Positions 62,716 through 64,000 of a stretch of DNA of 64,000 nucleotides are shown here, piece after piece; position 1 is the stretch's first letter; every line of letters starts with the position of its first letter. The notes under the pieces were generated by a model, which did not search any database, was not told where the DNA came from, and saw only the letters and a list, made by a program, of their open reading frames with translations. Source of the DNA: a virus (Duplodnaviria > Caudoviricetes); the IMG/VR virus record IMGVR_UViG_3300027365_000007. One strand, written 5' to 3'. The position numbers and the translations under genes were made by a program.

Positions 62716-64000
62716 AAGTATCGATATGCTCGTATGTAGTAAAGCCATTCTCTTTTTTAACGAGTATCGTTTTATCTACATGCTCAACAAGTTCTTCTTT
62801 ATGCGTGACCAAATATACCGCTTTATTAAAGTCACGTGCTTTGCTCTTTAGTATTTCTACAGCATCTTTAGCACCAACACTATCCATACCGAAGTCTAGA
62901 ATTTCATCAACGAATAAACAGTTGATTGGATTCACAAGGTTTTCATACAAATCTCTAAATGCTATATTAAGTGCAAATGTAACACGATTCTGTTCACCGC
63001 GAGACAAATTATTGAAATTGACTTCACGTCCTTTATCAGTAATACTGAATGTAAGGTTTGGATCAAACACTACCTGATGAGGTAGTGACAAACTATCAAT
63101 ATACTCTTGGAATACTTTATTAAGAAACGGTAAACTATAGTCAATGATTCTCTTACGAACAAAGGAATCTCTATTTGTCAAAAGCTTCTGAAGAAACTTT
63201 TCATGTGAAAGCTTTTTCTCTAAAGACTTCAAATTACTATAGTCAATCTCTTGGATACCCAAGTCGCCAGTCTCAAGCTCTTCAATTTGCTTACTGTACG
63301 GATTCTCTTCAACCTGTTTATCTTCAACTTTGGATATTAGCGTTTCCATTGTATTCTTGTGATTATACGCATCATCAACTGATCTATAAAACGTATCCTG
63401 AATCTCATCACCTATTGTAATAGAATCAATCACCGTTTGATATTCCTTTATCTTGGCTTCGTATTCATCTACCTCGTCAAGCTTTGAATTAATATCTTCA
63501 GTAAGCAAGGTTTTGTGCTTTTCATGACTTTCTTCATCATTAAGAGACTGTTTACACGTTGGACAAATACTTTCATCAAAGCTATTCATTTGCTTACTAA
63601 GGTCATTAAGCTCTCTAACCAAACGGGACTTATTATTTTCGAAGTTTTTAAGCTCAGTTTTTACAAGTTTCACCTTACTTTCAACTTCACGTATCTCAGC
63701 ATTTTTTGTGTGCTTCTCAATTTCCCCATCAATATCCAGATCACCCATTCCCTTCAACGTATCCATAAGTTCAGCAATAGTTCTATTCTTATTACGCTCC
63801 CATGTATCAGACTTTTCCTTAAGATTTTCAATATTACGTAAAATTCGATCATTGCTCTGTTGCAATGTTTCAATACGAATCTCTTCCTTATCAATATCAA
63901 TTTTTGTCTGCTTGATCCTATCAGCCAATACTTGAGCTTTCTTTGACAAAGCGTCAATGCCTAAAATTTGTTCAATAACTTCCCGTTGAACTGCCGCACT
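62714..64000 (-). CDS. gp46/SbcC-like SMC-type recombination ATPase (5' part outside the window)
   Basis: Coiled coils, zinc hook CPTC, signature LSRGE, Walker B LFVDE, VTH; frame open to the window edge. Confidence 0.92.
   Translation of the reverse strand, partial: SAAVQREVIEQILGIDALSKKAQVLADRIKQTKIDIDKEEIRIETLQQSNDRILRNIENLKEKSDTWERNKNRTIAELMDTLKGMGDLDIDGEIEKHTKNAEIREVESKVKLVKTELKNFENNKSRLVRELNDLSKQMNSFDESICPTCKQSLNDEESHEKHKTLLTEDINSKLDEVDEYEAKIKEYQTVIDSITIGDEIQDTFYRSVDDAYNHKNTMETLISKVEDKQVEENPYSKQIEELETGDLGIQEIDYSNLKSLEKKLSHEKFLQKLLTNRDSFVRKRIIDYSLPFLNKVFQEYIDSLSLPHQVVFDPNLTFSITDKGREVNFNNLSRGEQNRVTFALNIAFRDLYENLVNPINCLFVDEILDFGMDSVGAKDAVEILKSKARDFNKAVYLVTHKEELVEHVDKTILVKKENGFTTYEHIDT

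Noticed and set aside
1-64000. CRISPR array, DGR/retron or rRNA
   Set aside because: No regularly spaced direct repeats, no reverse-transcriptase motifs and no rRNA-like sequence seen by eye

Overview
This AT-rich window is a 64 kb piece of a large T4-related (jumbo) myophage genome. The gene set resembles RaK2/GAP32-like jumbo phages: gp41-like helicase, gp61-like primase, gp62-like clamp-loader subunit, UvsW-like helicase, gp46-like SMC ATPase and a tiny DnaE-like protein. An ArfA homologue and sigma70-type promoters point to a gammaproteobacterial host (inference). The left ~40 kb is accessory: small early genes behind TTGACA/TTTACN-16..18 nt-TANAAT promoters, interleaved with late islands behind T4-type TATAAATA promoters. 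The right ~24 kb holds replication and virion genes. Main observations: (1) at least five late ADP-ribosyltransferase-fold paralogues, plus other enzymes, share an N-terminal M-K-I-x-D-I-L-x-E leader resembling a capsid-targeting/prohead-protease signal. (2) A translation-rescue and tRNA-repair set: ArfA with an intrinsic terminator inside its own CDS (non-stop mRNA design), Pth2, a Thg1-like protein, a CCA/PAP-like nucleotidyltransferase, and a separately promoted 144-nt cloverleaf RNA with no usable anticodon. (3) A TnpB with a rearranged RuvC site. (4) A NadM-Nudix with both catalytic motifs degenerate, plus NADAR and Acb1 homologues. (5) Two mini-inteins in UvsW. (6) An orphan ~110-nt sRNA candidate. 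(7) Several frameshifted or nonsense genes. No CRISPR array, canonical tRNA, rRNA or reverse transcriptase was seen. All protein calls come from motif recognition by eye, not database searches.
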